Positions 10,851-20,903 of a stretch of DNA of 64,000 bases are shown piece after piece. The position numbers and the translations under genes were made by a program. The notes below the pieces were generated by a model. That model was given only the letters and a program-made list of their open reading frames with translations, was not told the origin of the DNA and searched no databases. The first letter of the stretch is position 1. Each line of letters opens with the position of its first letter. This DNA is from Paramoeba atlantica (lineage: Eukaryota > Protista > Discosea). The DNA is taken from NCBI GenBank assembly GCA_977017575.1, contig CDRNVI010000002.1, positions 124,001 to 188,000 of the forward strand. Direction: 5' to 3'.

Positions 10851-11636
10851 CTACCCTAGATACTGCTTACACCGCCGTATCTCCTGCGACACATTCGCCG
10901 AGGGCTGGACGGCATTCACCGCCGTGAAATCCGCCATCGCCGCCTTCCACCGCTCCAACCCCTTATACGCATACGCCCGACGCAACGTCGCCTTCACATT
11001 CCCCGGATCCAACTCCAACACCGCACTCGTATCCGCAATCACCTGCGGGTAGTTATGCGTCTGCGTGTGACACGCCGCGCGGTTATTATACCCCGCCACC
11101 TTCTTCCCCACCTCCCCCTCCCCGGCCAACTCAATCGCCCGGGTGTAATACCCCATCGCCTGTTCATACCGCCCCCTCCGGAACCACTGATTCCCCACCT
11201 CCCGGGCCTCCTCCCCACTCCCCACCCTCCCCGGGGTCATCCGCTCCAGCCGCTCCCGTGCCCCGCTGCGGCACGTGTTCAGCCTCTCCTGGACCTCCCC
11301 GTTGTGGGGGTCGAGCCCCAGGGCCCGCTCCAGCGCCCGCTCCGCCCCGGGGTAGTCCCCGAGCGCCATACGGGCGACCCCCTCGCGGTAGGGCCCCTTC
11401 ACCCACCCGGGCTGGGCTGCGGTACACGCCAGCGCGTCCTGTAACGCCTTCGTGTGCTCGGAGAGGGCCGAGTGGGCTGCGGCCCGGTTGGAGTAGAGGG
11501 GGGCGGCCGCGGGGTTAAAGGTAGAGGTCGTCGAGGGGTTGAGGGCGTGGAGGGCTGCGGTGTAGTGGGTGATGGCGTCACGGTGGAGACCGGCACGGAA
11601 GGCGGTGTTGCCGAGGGTTTTGTGGTCGGGGGACAT
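10851..11636 (-). CDS. STI1-like TPR co-chaperone (two three-TPR domains, 261 aa)
   Basis: TPR motifs GNTAFRAG..DAITHYTAAL, LYSNRAAAH, GNQWFRRGRYEQAMGYYTRAIE, YNNRAACH, DPGNVKATLRRAYAY. Confidence 0.85.
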   Translation of the reverse strand: MSPDHKTLGNTAFRAGLHRDAITHYTAALHALNPSTTSTFNPAAAPLYSNRAAAHSALSEHTKALQDALACTAAQPGWVKGPYREGVARMALGDYPGAERALERALGLDPHNGEVQERLNTCRSGARERLERMTPGRVGSGEEAREVGNQWFRRGRYEQAMGYYTRAIELAGEGEVGKKVAGYNNRAACHTQTHNYPQVIADTSAVLELDPGNVKATLRRAYAYKGLERWKAAMADFTAVNAVQPSANVSQEIRRCKQYLG

Positions 11637-11860
11637 GGGGGGGAGTAGAGGGGTTAAGAGGGGGTAGGAGGGGGGTGGAAAAAAAAGAGAAAGGGGATAG
11701 AGGAGAGGAAAGGAGAGGGGAGGATGGAATGGAGAGGGGGGGGGTGGAAAGAGAGGGTAGGGGTGTGGGGTTTTTTAAATGTTTTTTAAAGGTGTAAGGT
11801 TTAAAAGTGATTTTTAGTTTTTGGAGTGTTGAGGGGATGTATTATTAGAATGGTTTTTAA
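10900..11860. other. GC-skew-switch island 1 (C-rich left half, G-rich right half on + strand; switch near 11400)
   Basis: Runs of C to the left and runs of G to the right of about 11400. No C at all on + from 11635 to 11862. Confidence 0.85.
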
Positions 11861-12067
11861 AACAAAACGGGACAGCATGTTATGCTGTATACAGCGCTAT
11901 GTACGATAATGCGTGGTTGATATAATTGTTGAAATATAGATAGAAGAGATTGTGTTCAGGCTTTCTGAATTTGATTTAATATACGGGATAAATTTATATA
12001 CAATATTATGGCATTTCGTTTAAGTAAAAATATGGGGAACTAATGTACATCACATCAGAATTTCATC

Positions 12068-12601
12068 CTATTCGTCGTCTTCTGCTGCAGCTGTTTCCTC
12101 TTCGTCTTCCGCGTTTTCATAAATTGGCTTCTTTCCCTTTACCAGAATGTCATGGAGAATGGGGGCGTGCTCTCTCCAGTCAGCGGCGTCCTCAGCGAAC
12201 AAAGGCTCGTGGTCACGCGAGAGCCAGAACTCATAGGCCCCAGGTCGATTCTTCTTTACGGGCTGGTAATACGGAACGAATTCGGGCCACGGTTTGGCGC
12301 CGTACAAAAGTGTGTAGTCATAGTGTCCCAACTTACGGCGTTCTTCAAAACGCTCAAAAATATGATCAAAGAGCATTTTTCGGGCGTACCAGTATGCCTT
12401 TTTGCACATACTGTGTTCCTCTCCCCAGTTCCCTACGCAGTGCAAGTACTGGTAGTACGCAATGTAGCCATGCTTGTGGACGCTACCTGAGGTCGCCATT
12501 CCATGGCTCTGAGCGAATCGAGGATCAGTGAAATCGGTAAAGTGCGGCATGTGGTACTTACGGCGTGGAATCTTATACTTGTGGCTGTCAGGGTGTACCA
12601 T
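12068..12601 (-). CDS. COX6: kinetoplastid cytochrome c oxidase subunit VI (COX6B-like)
   Basis: PHFTDFTDPRF...AYYQYLHCVGNWGEEHSMCKK...LGHYDYTLLYGAKPW.EF.P.YQPVKKNRPGAYEFWL...DAADWREHAPILHD matches the trypanosomatid COX VI sequence as recalled. Confidence 0.88.
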   Translation of the reverse strand: MVHPDSHKYKIPRRKYHMPHFTDFTDPRFAQSHGMATSGSVHKHGYIAYYQYLHCVGNWGEEHSMCKKAYWYARKMLFDHIFERFEERRKLGHYDYTLLYGAKPWPEFVPYYQPVKKNRPGAYEFWLSRDHEPLFAEDAADWREHAPILHDILVKGKKPIYENAEDEEETAAAEDDE

Positions 12602-13065
12602 TGTTAGAGACTTATAGAAAATGGATGAAGACCTACAGAATATGAAAAACGCATGCAGTGTAGTTCCCCCAAAAAGTATCTAAAAGATTGCGTTTTTAAC
12701 AATATGAAACTATGATTACATTTCGCTTTCACAAATTTTTAACATGACAGTTGTATATTAACTGCTTTCATCCAAGCTCATAAAGTTGCAAATAGGGGTA
12801 CAAAACTATGAAGATTGGATATTTACAAAGCAATTTAGGATAGCGCCCAAGTTTCATTCCTCTAATACTTTTAAAGAATTCATCCGTAAATATATGGAAC
12901 GCTGGTGTAGAAAAGTTGGTGTAGAAAAGTTTATGAGTGTGGTAAATAAATGTGAAACACTACGAGATACAAAAATAAAATCGAAAATTTAATCACATGA
13001 AATTTCTGTGCATAAAGTCGGCTTCAGGACGCTTCTCGAGGCCTATCTCATAGGTGGCTTTTCTA

Positions 13066-14346
13066 TTACTTGAAAATTTTGTAATCCAACACTGGCTTAG
13101 TAGCAAACGTCGGTCCCTCGCACGAAAGGTAATCCGTAATTCGTTCCCGCATGCTTAAGAGATCCTGGACCTCTTCCCACTCATGGTGCTCTACGTCATC
13201 CACAATTTTCATAAGTTCGGGCATGCCTTTTCCTCGAACCACCCAGAAGCCCACAATCTCTTGCTGAGCTTCCTCACCGATAATCAAGACAGTACCGAAA
13301 ACGTATTTGTGCAACGCATCCATACGCTGGAACATACCTCCAACGAGATTTGAGGTCATAAAAACCATTTTGCTAAGTTCGTCATTGTATTTGTACTTCG
13401 ACCAGAGGCAGGTATAGCCACTTGGGTCGTATTTCTCAAAGAAGAATGGAGCCGCAATTGTTCGGGTATCATTGTTGGAGTAGCAACGCTTGAATTCATC
13501 CATAATAAACGTAGGACTTGGGGGCAATGTGTCCAGCGCTGCTTTCATCGCCTTCATCTTTAATTTCTCCTCATTGTTGTCATCCTCAAAACCAGGTGGT
13601 GCATCCTCATCGTCGGCTTCTTTGGATTTCTTCGCCTTTTCAGCCTTTTTAGCCTCTGGTTTCTTCTCCGCCTTCTTTTCTACCTTTGCTTCCTTTTTCG
13701 CTACTGTGACCTTGGGGGATTCTTGAAGTACCGAGGCGAAGTGGAGTTGGTTAATGACCGTATCTACGTATCGTAACAAGTGCACGTGACCCTCCTTCAG
13801 TGGCTTGCTCTTACAGATACGAAAGAATTCCTCCAGAGCACCTCCGAGAACGAGATCGGCAATTGTCACACGCTCGCCCACTAGAAAGGTGCGTGTCTCC
13901 AATTGCTGATTGAGCGACGAAAAAACAGTCTTTAGAGTTTTCATTGCGGTCTCGGTTTGTGTGCTGTTTGTTCCCTTAGCAAGATACCCGAGTTCGGCTC
14001 CAATCAACAACTTAACTGCAGGAGTCATTTCGGTACTCACAAGATCTAACCAGGCGTCTACTTGGGATTGCTCATAGGCCCCAGTTCCTCCGTAGAGCGC
14101 TAAATTGGCGTCCTGTCGCGCGAGATAACGAGCAATCGCGTGGGTTTCGAAAAGGTAGCCCTCGTCGACTTTCGCCACGGGGACGCGTCCTAAGGGATCG
14201 CAGTTCAGGGCATAGGCAACGGTGGCGCTGTCTTTTTCCACTTCAAAGGAAGGGAGACGGACTTCCACATCAGCATACTTGGCTGCAACCTTTAAAGGCA
14301 CGAGTCTAGCATCTTCCGGAAACGAGTAAAGCTCGATATGAGGCAT
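13066..14346 (-). CDS. EEF1G: elongation factor 1B gamma
   Basis: GST-like N-domain (LFETHAIARYLAR, QSQVDAWLD), Lys/Glu-rich linker, C-domain FIMDEFKRCYSNNDTRTIAAPFFFEKYDPSGY...SNLVGGMFQRMD. Confidence 0.95.
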   Translation of the reverse strand: MPHIELYSFPEDARLVPLKVAAKYADVEVRLPSFEVEKDSATVAYALNCDPLGRVPVAKVDEGYLFETHAIARYLARQDANLALYGGTGAYEQSQVDAWLDLVSTEMTPAVKLLIGAELGYLAKGTNSTQTETAMKTLKTVFSSLNQQLETRTFLVGERVTIADLVLGGALEEFFRICKSKPLKEGHVHLLRYVDTVINQLHFASVLQESPKVTVAKKEAKVEKKAEKKPEAKKAEKAKKSKEADDEDAPPGFEDDNNEEKLKMKAMKAALDTLPPSPTFIMDEFKRCYSNNDTRTIAAPFFFEKYDPSGYTCLWSKYKYNDELSKMVFMTSNLVGGMFQRMDALHKYVFGTVLIIGEEAQQEIVGFWVVRGKGMPELMKIVDDVEHHEWEEVQDLLSMRERITDYLSCEGPTFATKPVLDYKIFK

Positions 14347-14746
14347 TGAATGGGGTATAGGGTTAAAGCTAAAATGGTTCTTGATATTATTATGGTCCTT
14401 TGGTTGTTGTTACATTTCAGTCATTTGTCTCATACATAATAGATAACGGAATAAAGATTTATTCGCGTTTTCCGTATACGCTTTCCGCTTTTGGAATTGC
14501 ATATCAGTCCTCGCACGTAAATGAAGCATGACTAGGAATGAAGCATGACGAATTGATCGCAAAGGTCTTTTGTAATCGACCACTCCTCCATCCCTCTTTC
14601 CTCCACCAATTCCTTTTTTTAATTTAAAAGAGCGGTGAGGGAACTTTAAATTAAAATGTACAAATGAGGTGTACACATATGAGAATACACATGTTTCGCG
14701 GGTGGGTCGATCGTATTGCAGTGGGCTTCTCAGTGACCTTTTTGCA

Positions 14747-16009
14747 TCATTCTTCCGTTTCCCCTTCTTTACAAAATTCGGTTTCTCCTTCTTCGCAGTG
14801 CTCTTCCGGATAGGGATCCTCAAGAGAAGTGGTTCGGCCCCACAATTCAGTTTCCCCCCCTTCACAGTCCTGTTCATTGCCTTGAAAATTTGCAGTTGCA
14901 TTGCCTTCAAAATTTAAATTCGGCTCGATCCAAGGTTGATATTCGGGAGTCATTTTCACCACTAGAGCCTTTTCAACCGGAACATCCCCTGAAACCTTGT
15001 TCCCAGTCAAGTCGAGAAGTTCTAGTCGAGAAGGTAGCGAATCTAAAAATAGTTCGCCACTGAACGAATTGTGTGACAGGTTAAGAATTTTAAGTGCTTT
15101 TGGTAGTAAATAAAATTGTGGCGTACCAGATAAAAAATTCCCCTCGATGTGCAATTCTATCAACCCTTTGGGTAGATTCGATATGTCAATAGGAGAGGAA
15201 AATAGGTTATTGCTAAGAGTTAAGATAAGAAGCGAAGGACTCAGGTTAGAAAGGTCAAGTTGACCACTCAGGCGATTCGTATCCAGATTAAGCGTCTCAA
15301 GTAACTCAGGTAAATGGCGAAGCGATATATTTCCTGCAAAATGATTGCTACCTAGTTGCAGCGTACGAAGTGAGGAGGGAAGTGCTTTGAGGAACAATTG
15401 TCCCTCAATACGATTATGACTAATATCTAGCATTTCCAGAGTATCTGGTACATGCGTGAAGTCGAGCTGACCGCAGAACAAATTATGAGATACGCTTAGC
15501 CTCCTTATATGATGAGGCAACGAATGCAGTTCAAGGGTAGAATCAAACATATTATTGTCTACAATGAAGTATTCCAAATCTCGGGGAAGGTGGTGAAGAT
15601 TGATAGCCCCTCCCAGTTTATTGTCACCTGCCGAAAAACTTATCAAGCCATCACACAGCTCTGAAGTGTGTATTTGGCCCGTGATTTTGTTTTTACTTAG
15701 AGTCAGGGCAGTGGTGGTCGCAGGAATATGTGTCCACGACAATTCGCCAAATAGACATTCTCCTAACCTCATGAAAGACGACCAGATAATTTGTGAAACA
15801 AAACCTTCCTTGCAATGAATCCCCGACCATTGACAGGCGGGCGTATTTACCGACCAAGTAGGATGCACACCGTGGGTTAGATGCTCAATAAAGCGCGACA
15901 AATGTACCTCCTGAGGAAGCAGTATACGACTGGGTTTTCCAATTCTTTGCCTTTTCCGAGGCGGAGGAGAGTCACATCCCCACGCTAAGGACACACACCC
16001 GTAATTCAT
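14747..16009 (-). CDS. leucine-rich repeat protein, 23-aa repeats with N-cap
   Basis: Cap W...TPACQWSGIHC then repeats xLxLxxLPxxLxxLxLxxNxFxG. Acidic C-tail, no signal peptide or TM segment seen. Confidence 0.9.
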   Translation of the reverse strand: MNYGCVSLAWGCDSPPPRKRQRIGKPSRILLPQEVHLSRFIEHLTHGVHPTWSVNTPACQWSGIHCKEGFVSQIIWSSFMRLGECLFGELSWTHIPATTTALTLSKNKITGQIHTSELCDGLISFSAGDNKLGGAINLHHLPRDLEYFIVDNNMFDSTLELHSLPHHIRRLSVSHNLFCGQLDFTHVPDTLEMLDISHNRIEGQLFLKALPSSLRTLQLGSNHFAGNISLRHLPELLETLNLDTNRLSGQLDLSNLSPSLLILTLSNNLFSSPIDISNLPKGLIELHIEGNFLSGTPQFYLLPKALKILNLSHNSFSGELFLDSLPSRLELLDLTGNKVSGDVPVEKALVVKMTPEYQPWIEPNLNFEGNATANFQGNEQDCEGGETELWGRTTSLEDPYPEEHCEEGETEFCKEGETEE

Positions 16010-16345
16010 GAACGGCTACGTAAATAAACTACATAAAAATCACTCTTGTTGTAAATAGAGGTGTAAACTTCTACAGGAAGGACTTTAATTTTAATAAACA
16101 CTCTAAGTAACATAAAATTGAGACATGATAGATTAAGGCAAAGAAATATTCTGTCTAAACAAACCAAGAAGAAAGAAGAAACAATACGGAAGAAAGAAAA
16201 AAGGAAAGCTGCAAAAGCAACTCAGAAAATAAGTGAAAACCTACATCAGGAGTGATTGTGTATGCTCCTGGGCAAATAAAGCTATATCAAGGCTATGTAA
16301 AATAAAGTCTAGAGGACGATGAGGTGTTGCTGAACGTCTAGAAAC

Positions 16346-17566
16346 TCAAGCAGCATCCGCAGGTGGCTTTGTGACAGGCACGCTCCGGTACCGCAACCGT
16401 CGTTGACAGCGTGAAATCAAAACGGTGATATTTCTTCGCATTGTGGGAACTCGGTCATATTCATATTCCATTGCACGATATTGCTCGGACTTTGGCACCT
16501 CCCTTCGAGATACGCGTGGGATGCGGCACTTCACATTTCTGTGCGTCTTCATCCGCTCATAATGAATCTGGTACAAGTCCTCAGTGGCAATTCGCTCCTT
16601 GGGATCCAGTCGCAACATCATCCGAAGCAGCTCGCACTCGTATCGTGTGGCCGTTTTCTCCAACTGTTGGACTCTCTCCGCAACTCGTTTGCGGTCCCGT
16701 TCCAGGTGACACTCCTTTCGGTTGAACAACGTGCGGCCGGATATCATCCTCGCCAGGACACACCCGAGTGCCCAAATATCAGAGGCCCCACTGAAGTATC
16801 CCTGCTCCGTCTCTGGGGCACGATATGGGTACGTACTGACATACTTTCCCACCGTATGCCGGGAGTTCTCCTCCCACATACGGGAGGTGCCAAAATCTAC
16901 CAGTTTCACCTGCGAGAGGTCACGCTGCAGCACAATGTTCTCCGGCTTAATATCCCGATGAAGCACCCCATGGTGGTGCATGTGACGTAACCCACACAAC
17001 AACTGACCAAACAGCACCAGTCGCGTCTCCTCCGGCAACGCCTCACCCCCACATTTCGTCGCACTCTGCGACCGTACCCTCTCATTCAAAAACAAATGCA
17101 ACGAGCACTCCATCCGTGGCAGCACCAGGTACACCCCGTTATCCCCCTCCCAGGCCTGAATCAGCTCCATCACATTGGGATGCCGCCTATCCGGGGCGGT
17201 GAAGTAATACAGCACGCTGAGTTCCCGCATCGAGGCCTCACAATCCGCGGCCTCGTTGAGGATCTCCTGTTTCACGACCACCTCGGTGCCGTCACGACGA
17301 CGGGTCGCGGTGAAGACGACACCAAAGGCCCCGTCGTCCCCGAGGTGGGTGAAATGGTCGTAGGCGTTCGAGGGGTAGACCACACGACGGGTGCCGTGGG
17401 GGACGGGGACGTGGGTGACGGAGAAGGGGGCGTGTTGAGGATCTGCGGCACGCCCGGTGAGACTCTCGCAGGCCGCGGAGTGGGGGGTGGAGTACGTGCT
17501 GGAGGGGGCACCCCCGCGACTGGAGGTGGCGGGGGTGGAGCAGAGACTACGGGGTCGTTTGCGCAT
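16346..17566 (-). CDS. Ser/Thr protein kinase, CMGC (MAPK/CDK-like)
   Basis: GAFGVV, VVVK, HPNVMEL, LHRDIKPEN, KLVDFGTSR, STYPYRAPE, DIWALGCV all present. No TxY activation motif. Confidence 0.9.
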   Translation of the reverse strand: MRKRPRSLCSTPATSSRGGAPSSTYSTPHSAACESLTGRAADPQHAPFSVTHVPVPHGTRRVVYPSNAYDHFTHLGDDGAFGVVFTATRRRDGTEVVVKQEILNEAADCEASMRELSVLYYFTAPDRRHPNVMELIQAWEGDNGVYLVLPRMECSLHLFLNERVRSQSATKCGGEALPEETRLVLFGQLLCGLRHMHHHGVLHRDIKPENIVLQRDLSQVKLVDFGTSRMWEENSRHTVGKYVSTYPYRAPETEQGYFSGASDIWALGCVLARMISGRTLFNRKECHLERDRKRVAERVQQLEKTATRYECELLRMMLRLDPKERIATEDLYQIHYERMKTHRNVKCRIPRVSRREVPKSEQYRAMEYEYDRVPTMRRNITVLISRCQRRLRYRSVPVTKPPADAA

Positions 17567-17720
17567 GGCAGCAGGAGGAGGGGGAGGACAAGGAAAATGA
17601 GGTTTTTAGTGTGGGTGGGGTTGTGTGAGATAAAGGGAGGGAAAGAGAAGGAAAAATATAGAGGAGGTTGAGGAAAGATAGGTTATGAAAGGATTGGGAT
17701 TACGCGTGGGGGAGATGATA
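16990..17720. other. GC-skew-switch island 2 (switch near 17350)
   Basis: C-rich 17000-17340, G-rich 17390-17700 on +. No C from 17590 to 17702. Confidence 0.75.
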
Positions 17721-17772
17721 AAGATGAGATAAGAAGCATAATCTAAGGAGTTTTTTTCAAAGGAAAATACTA

Positions 17773-18098
17773 CTCCTCTCATTAATTTCTATAAATATAA
17801 ATTATAACAAAAAAGAAAATTTATATTAACATTTATAGAAATTAATGAGAATGGTTAGGCAAAAAGTCCTGATAAATGATCCTGCCTGATGGAAAAACGC
17901 TATTTTTCTGCGATAAGCTTTCGCGGAACGTGAGATCCAAGGCCCTTGTCGGAAGTGAGGGTCAAAATTTTCTGCGGTGTTCTCCCCTCTATACTAGCTT
18001 TTCCTGTTTGTTTTCTTCAAAACATAATTTTTTGAAAAACTATAATTTTTCTCGGAAAAATTAGGAATGGCGTTTATAGAAATTAGAGAGAAGCGGAG
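17773..18098. mobile_element. Stowaway/mariner-like MITE, imperfect ~25-bp TIRs, TA flanks
   Basis: TA|CTCCTCTCATTAATTTCTATAAA at left, TTTATAGAAATTAGAGAGAAGCGGAG|TA at right. An extra inverted copy of the arm lies at 17831-17849. Confidence 0.45.
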
Positions 18099-18164
18099 TA
18101 TCCTCCTCCGTTTTAGCCCACCTCGTTTTCCGTTAAAAGCAGGGGTCTGAAAATATATTATATA

Positions 18165-19310
18165 CAGGGGGGTGCACGAAAATATGGGGGGGGTCAAAAT
18201 TCTTATAACTTGGCCAATTTTGGAAAATAATAGCGTATTCGAGAGCTCTCGCAGAGTTACGTGTCATGTGATAATGCGTTTCCCGCACTTTTTAATTTTG
18301 TAGAAAAATTAAAAAAATCATGCACTTTTTCAAAGTGCAGAATTCTGCAGTTTTTTGAATAAAATACTTTTTTTTTGTGAATTTATCGACTTTTTTGATC
18401 CTAATACACTACTATACCCCAGAAAAGGTCATATTCGAATAATAAAAAGGTGCAGAAACGGAGTAGATTTTGCTATTCGCTTCGTGGGCAACTTAAAGCA
18501 TCTCATAGGATACATTTGGTTAAAAAAATTGAGGAAACTAATTCTTTTTCAGCTGTCGCCAAGATGTTTAGGTGTCACGAGGACACTGTCAAGCGTTGGA
18601 TGCAGCGTTACGAAGAGACTGGTGAGGTCGATAGGTCTCCCTATAAAACTCGCCAATCTCCTGTAATATCTGACCGTCTGTTGAAGCGAGCACTTAATCT
18701 TATTGATCAAGCAACAAGGAATGAAACCTATGATATCGCTTCTTGGGATCACCTTCTGAACCTTCTTGTAGGAGAGGGTTTCAGATGCTCCCGTCGCGCT
18801 CTGATACGTTCCCTCAAGAAGGAGGGTATCATATCCCGCACAGTCCCCCGAAGCTCTGCACTCACAAAGGAGCACAAAAGGAAACGAGTAGAGCTATGCC
18901 AGGAGTTGGCAACATGGACCCCTGCTCAGCTTGAGGCTATCGTCTGGACAGAGGAGAAAAAATTTACTTGCGGGGGCAGCCGCAAGATTACCTACCTTTG
19001 CCGTCGTTCAGACCTCCCAAAGGAGCACGCCGGTAAGAGGGAGAACTTTAAAGAGTGTTCCAAAGCGCGTGAAAATTGTGTCGGAGAAAAAAGGTGGAAA
19101 TTGTGGATACTAACATTTTTTTACCAGAAAAAAGACTTGCAGTTGCCATATTTACGGTATTCAGGAGAATGCATATACCTGGAAACTACGTAAAACGTAA
19201 TATCACATGACACGTAACTCTGCGAGAGCTCTCGAATGCGCTATTATTTTCCGAAATTGGCCGAGTTATAAGAATTTTGACCCCCCCCCATATTTTCGTG
19301 CACCCCCCAG
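18165..19310 (+). mobile_element. Tc1/mariner (IS630-superfamily) element A, ~110-bp TIRs, truncated transposase
   Basis: 18165-18273 and 19201-19310 are reverse complements (4 substitutions and one G-run indel by eye). TATA at 18161-64 and 19311-14. Termini CAGGGGGGTG...CACCCCCCAG. Confidence 0.92.
18450..19193 (+). pseudogene. Tc1-type transposase, DNA-binding domains intact, DDE domain truncated
   Basis: HTH1 SFSAVAKMFRCHEDTVKRWMQRYEETG, HTH2 SRRALIRSLKKEG, linker LTKEHKRKRVELC, and IVWTEEKKF where Tc1 has xxSDExxF. Similarity is lost afterwards. GTG start. Confidence 0.85.
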
Positions 19311-19544
19311 TATACAGGGGGGATCACCAATATCGGGACACCCGACATTTTTGTGCCATGTGTCCGTTTCACCTGATTTTTGTTGCAAAAGAGAGATCTC
19401 GACGCGAATATAATCGGAACGACATTTTGCGCCTATTTAAACGCACCTAAAAAGTAGGGTATGCACGACAAAAACGATTTTTTTCAAAATTTGCACATTT
19501 GAAAATGTGGATTAAAATGTCTTAAAAAGCATTGAAAAAGTTAT

Positions 19545-20556
19545 TTAGTATGAAATAACCCCTCCGTTACACTTTCGTAACTCTTCTAACCGTTTTGGGA
19601 GGCTCTTCAGGGTCTTCTCTAGGATATCCCGCTTTTCGGGTAGGAGATATTCAATAGCCTTGGGTATACAGGGGTGTAAATTTGGGTATAGGGGGGGTCT
19701 AAAATTTATAAAAATTGGCCAATTTCGGAAAATAATAGCGCATTCGAGAGCTCTCGAACAGGGCTCATGAACGTAACATGACCGAACTAGGCACAAGGGG
19801 GTATTACCCCCTAGACAAATGCTACTTGCAACTAAACCCCCAAATGCTATTTGCAACTTTCTAAAGCAATAGCAAATATCAAAAAATATATATTAATAAT
19901 TGCCATTATCGTCGTTTTATCTCAATTACAATACGGCATCGCTTTCGAAAGCTCTGCATGGCATTTTCAGGGGCCTTGAAACGATACTTCGATCGCAATG
20001 ATCAAATCTGCGCGATTCCGAGGGGCTCAACCATTTTTGAAGTCGCCCACTATGGAAAATAAATTTTTAGAGCGAAAAAGATTGTGTTGTTTCGTAATCG
20101 GCAACAAGAACCATGCACCAGCTTGCTTTTACGTGCCCAGGCGAAGAATAAGCCCTTTCGTAGTCTTTGTGTTCGGGTGATGGCCCACAGCCCCGTCTTT
20201 GTAGCATGAATCAGGGGAGAAATCAGAAAACCTGTGAAAAATGCAAGATTTTGTCTCCCAAAAAAATGAGTTTTTTATGTGCACTTGAAAATCTAATTAA
20301 CGCAGATGCCGTACATGCACGTTCATGAGCCCTGTTCGAGGGCTCTCGAATGCGCCACTATTTTCCAAAATAGGCCAAGTTTTACAAATTTTAGACCCCC
20401 CCCACATCCAAATTTACACCCCTTTATAACACTGCTCTTTCCGCAATCCATCATACATGCTGTTTCCCTCATAGACTTGCCTTGATGCACTTCGTGCGCG
20501 CTCACAATCCGTGTGCCGTAGGATGCATGCTCGGGGGATACATGACGGAAGTTTAA
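19545..20556 (-). pseudogene. split Tc1 transposase remnant (N-terminal HTH plus extreme C-terminus)
   Basis: 5' piece RIVSAHEVHQGKSMRETACMMDCGKSSV (HTH-like) at about 20427-20520. 3' piece KTLKSLPKRLEELRKCNGGVISY* (Tc1 C-terminal SMPxRLxxVIxxxGGxTxY motif) at 19545-19664. Confidence 0.65.
19669..20424. mobile_element. non-coding Tc1-type MITE C nested in element B, ~106-bp TIRs related to element A
   Basis: 19669-19774 and 20319-20424 are inverted. Shares the core GGCCAATTTCGGAAAATAATAGCGCATTCGAGAGCTCTCG with the TIRs of A. TATA flanks at 19665-68 and 20425-28. Confidence 0.88.
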
Positions 20557-20857
20557 TCTATGTCATTTTCTCATTTGGAACTTAATAAAAGAGAATTGTA
20601 TCCTTTAATGGACAATTTTAACGGGATTTGCACAATTTTTACATAAATTTGCATATTTTTTGGAGATTTGTTTTATTTTTTTTATACCATTTTTTACAAG
20701 TGCGTTTAAATAGGCGCAAAATGTCGTTCCGATCATATTCGCGTCGAGATCTCTCTTTTGCAACAAAAATCAGGTGAAACAGACCCACGGCCCAAAAATG
20801 GGAGGTGTCCCGATATTGGTGATCCCCCCTGTATATTTATAGTATTTGAAAAAAAAT

Positions 20858-20903
20858 ATAGTACTATTATAGTACTATAAATAGTACTATATAATAGTAC
20901 TAT
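20858..20903. repeat. four tandem copies of the palindrome ATAGTACTAT (fifth at 21151-21160)
   Basis: Copies start at 20858, 20869, 20881 and 20894. 20833-20867 is loosely repeated at about 21118-21160. Confidence 0.8.

Larger units (their letters stand above)
19315..20831 (-). mobile_element. Tc1/mariner element B, ~132-bp TIRs, internally deleted, interrupted by nested element C
   Basis: 19315-19446 and 20700-20831 are reverse complements (about 8 substitutions). TATA on both sides. Confidence 0.9.
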
